Below, piece after piece: positions 63,942 through 64,000 of a stretch of DNA of 64,000 nt; position 1 is the first letter of the stretch, and every line of letters starts with the position of its first letter. Source of the stretch: an uncultured Clostridia bacterium. Lineage in GTDB: Bacteria; Bacillota; Clostridia; Christensenellales; CAG-917. Location of the stretch: assembly GCA_947305865.1 (NCBI GenBank), contig CAMZEU010000002.1:1019-65018 (forward strand). Reading direction: 5' to 3'. The position numbers and the translations under genes were made by a program. The notes beneath the pieces were generated by a model. The model did not search any database and had not been told where the DNA came from. It saw only the letters and a program-made list of their open reading frames with translations.

Positions 63942-64000
63942 ATGGATAAAGCAATCATCGGAAAGAAACTCGGAATGAGCCAAATCTTTGGAGATAACGG
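63942..64000 (+). CDS. rplC: 50S ribosomal protein L3, N-terminal fragment (continues beyond the window)
   Basis: MDKAIIGKKLGMSQIFGDNG matches the conserved L3 N-terminus (GxKxGMTQIF). AGGAGG upstream. Position directly after rpsJ. Confidence 0.9.
   Translation, partial: MDKAIIGKKLGMSQIFGDN

Noticed and set aside
1-64000. Search for CRISPR arrays, transposases or integrases, prophage genes, toxin-antitoxin pairs and known defence systems (prompted by the WYL regulator at the left edge).
   Set aside because: No direct-repeat/spacer array, no transposase- or integrase-like ORF and no recognisable defence gene were seen. The WYL gene is truncated by the window edge and its partner genes, if any, lie outside.

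Overview
AT-rich, tightly packed Bacillota-type chromosomal segment. It uses the standard genetic code: TGA ends trxB, the PadR gene and the 17922-19892 gene inside ATGA overlaps. The right edge carries metG-tatD-rSAM-rsmA followed by rpsJ/rplC. I count about 35 protein genes and one 4-tRNA cluster, with no rRNA, CRISPR array or obvious mobile element. Ordinary content: a class III ribonucleotide reductase operon (nrdD with a fused CPNC thioredoxin-fold domain, a trxB-like gene, nrdG), MATE and AEC transporters, ApgM, a GH20 hexosaminidase, a PIG-L deacetylase, MetRS, TatD and RsmA. Regulatory or stress modules: an HD hydrolase - STAS::kinase-like - PP2C::HATPase operon, a PadR operon with duplicated membrane proteins and an HxxxDG acyltransferase, and a YdjI-like SPFH protein paired with a YdjG-like zinc-ribbon protein. 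The dominant and most unusual feature is one uninterrupted 31,302-nt ORF (23636-54937, about 49 percent of the window). It encodes a 10,433-aa predicted lipoprotein that I cannot assign to any family. The ORF has its own strong promoter, a 5' UTR hairpin and a flanking upstream terminator. The protein has two parts. The first (about 24.0-46.3 kb) holds at least 15 degenerate super-repeats: an amphipathic beta-strand block with an LYxD-type core, an acidic Ser/Thr/Ala linker, a strand-helix block, and a Tyr-rich insert of variable length. The second (about 47.3-54.9 kb) is an array of beta-sandwich-like units delimited by [DN]-P-[YW] and DRTI motifs. All family calls come from motif recognition by eye. 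No database search, structure prediction or RNA folding was run.
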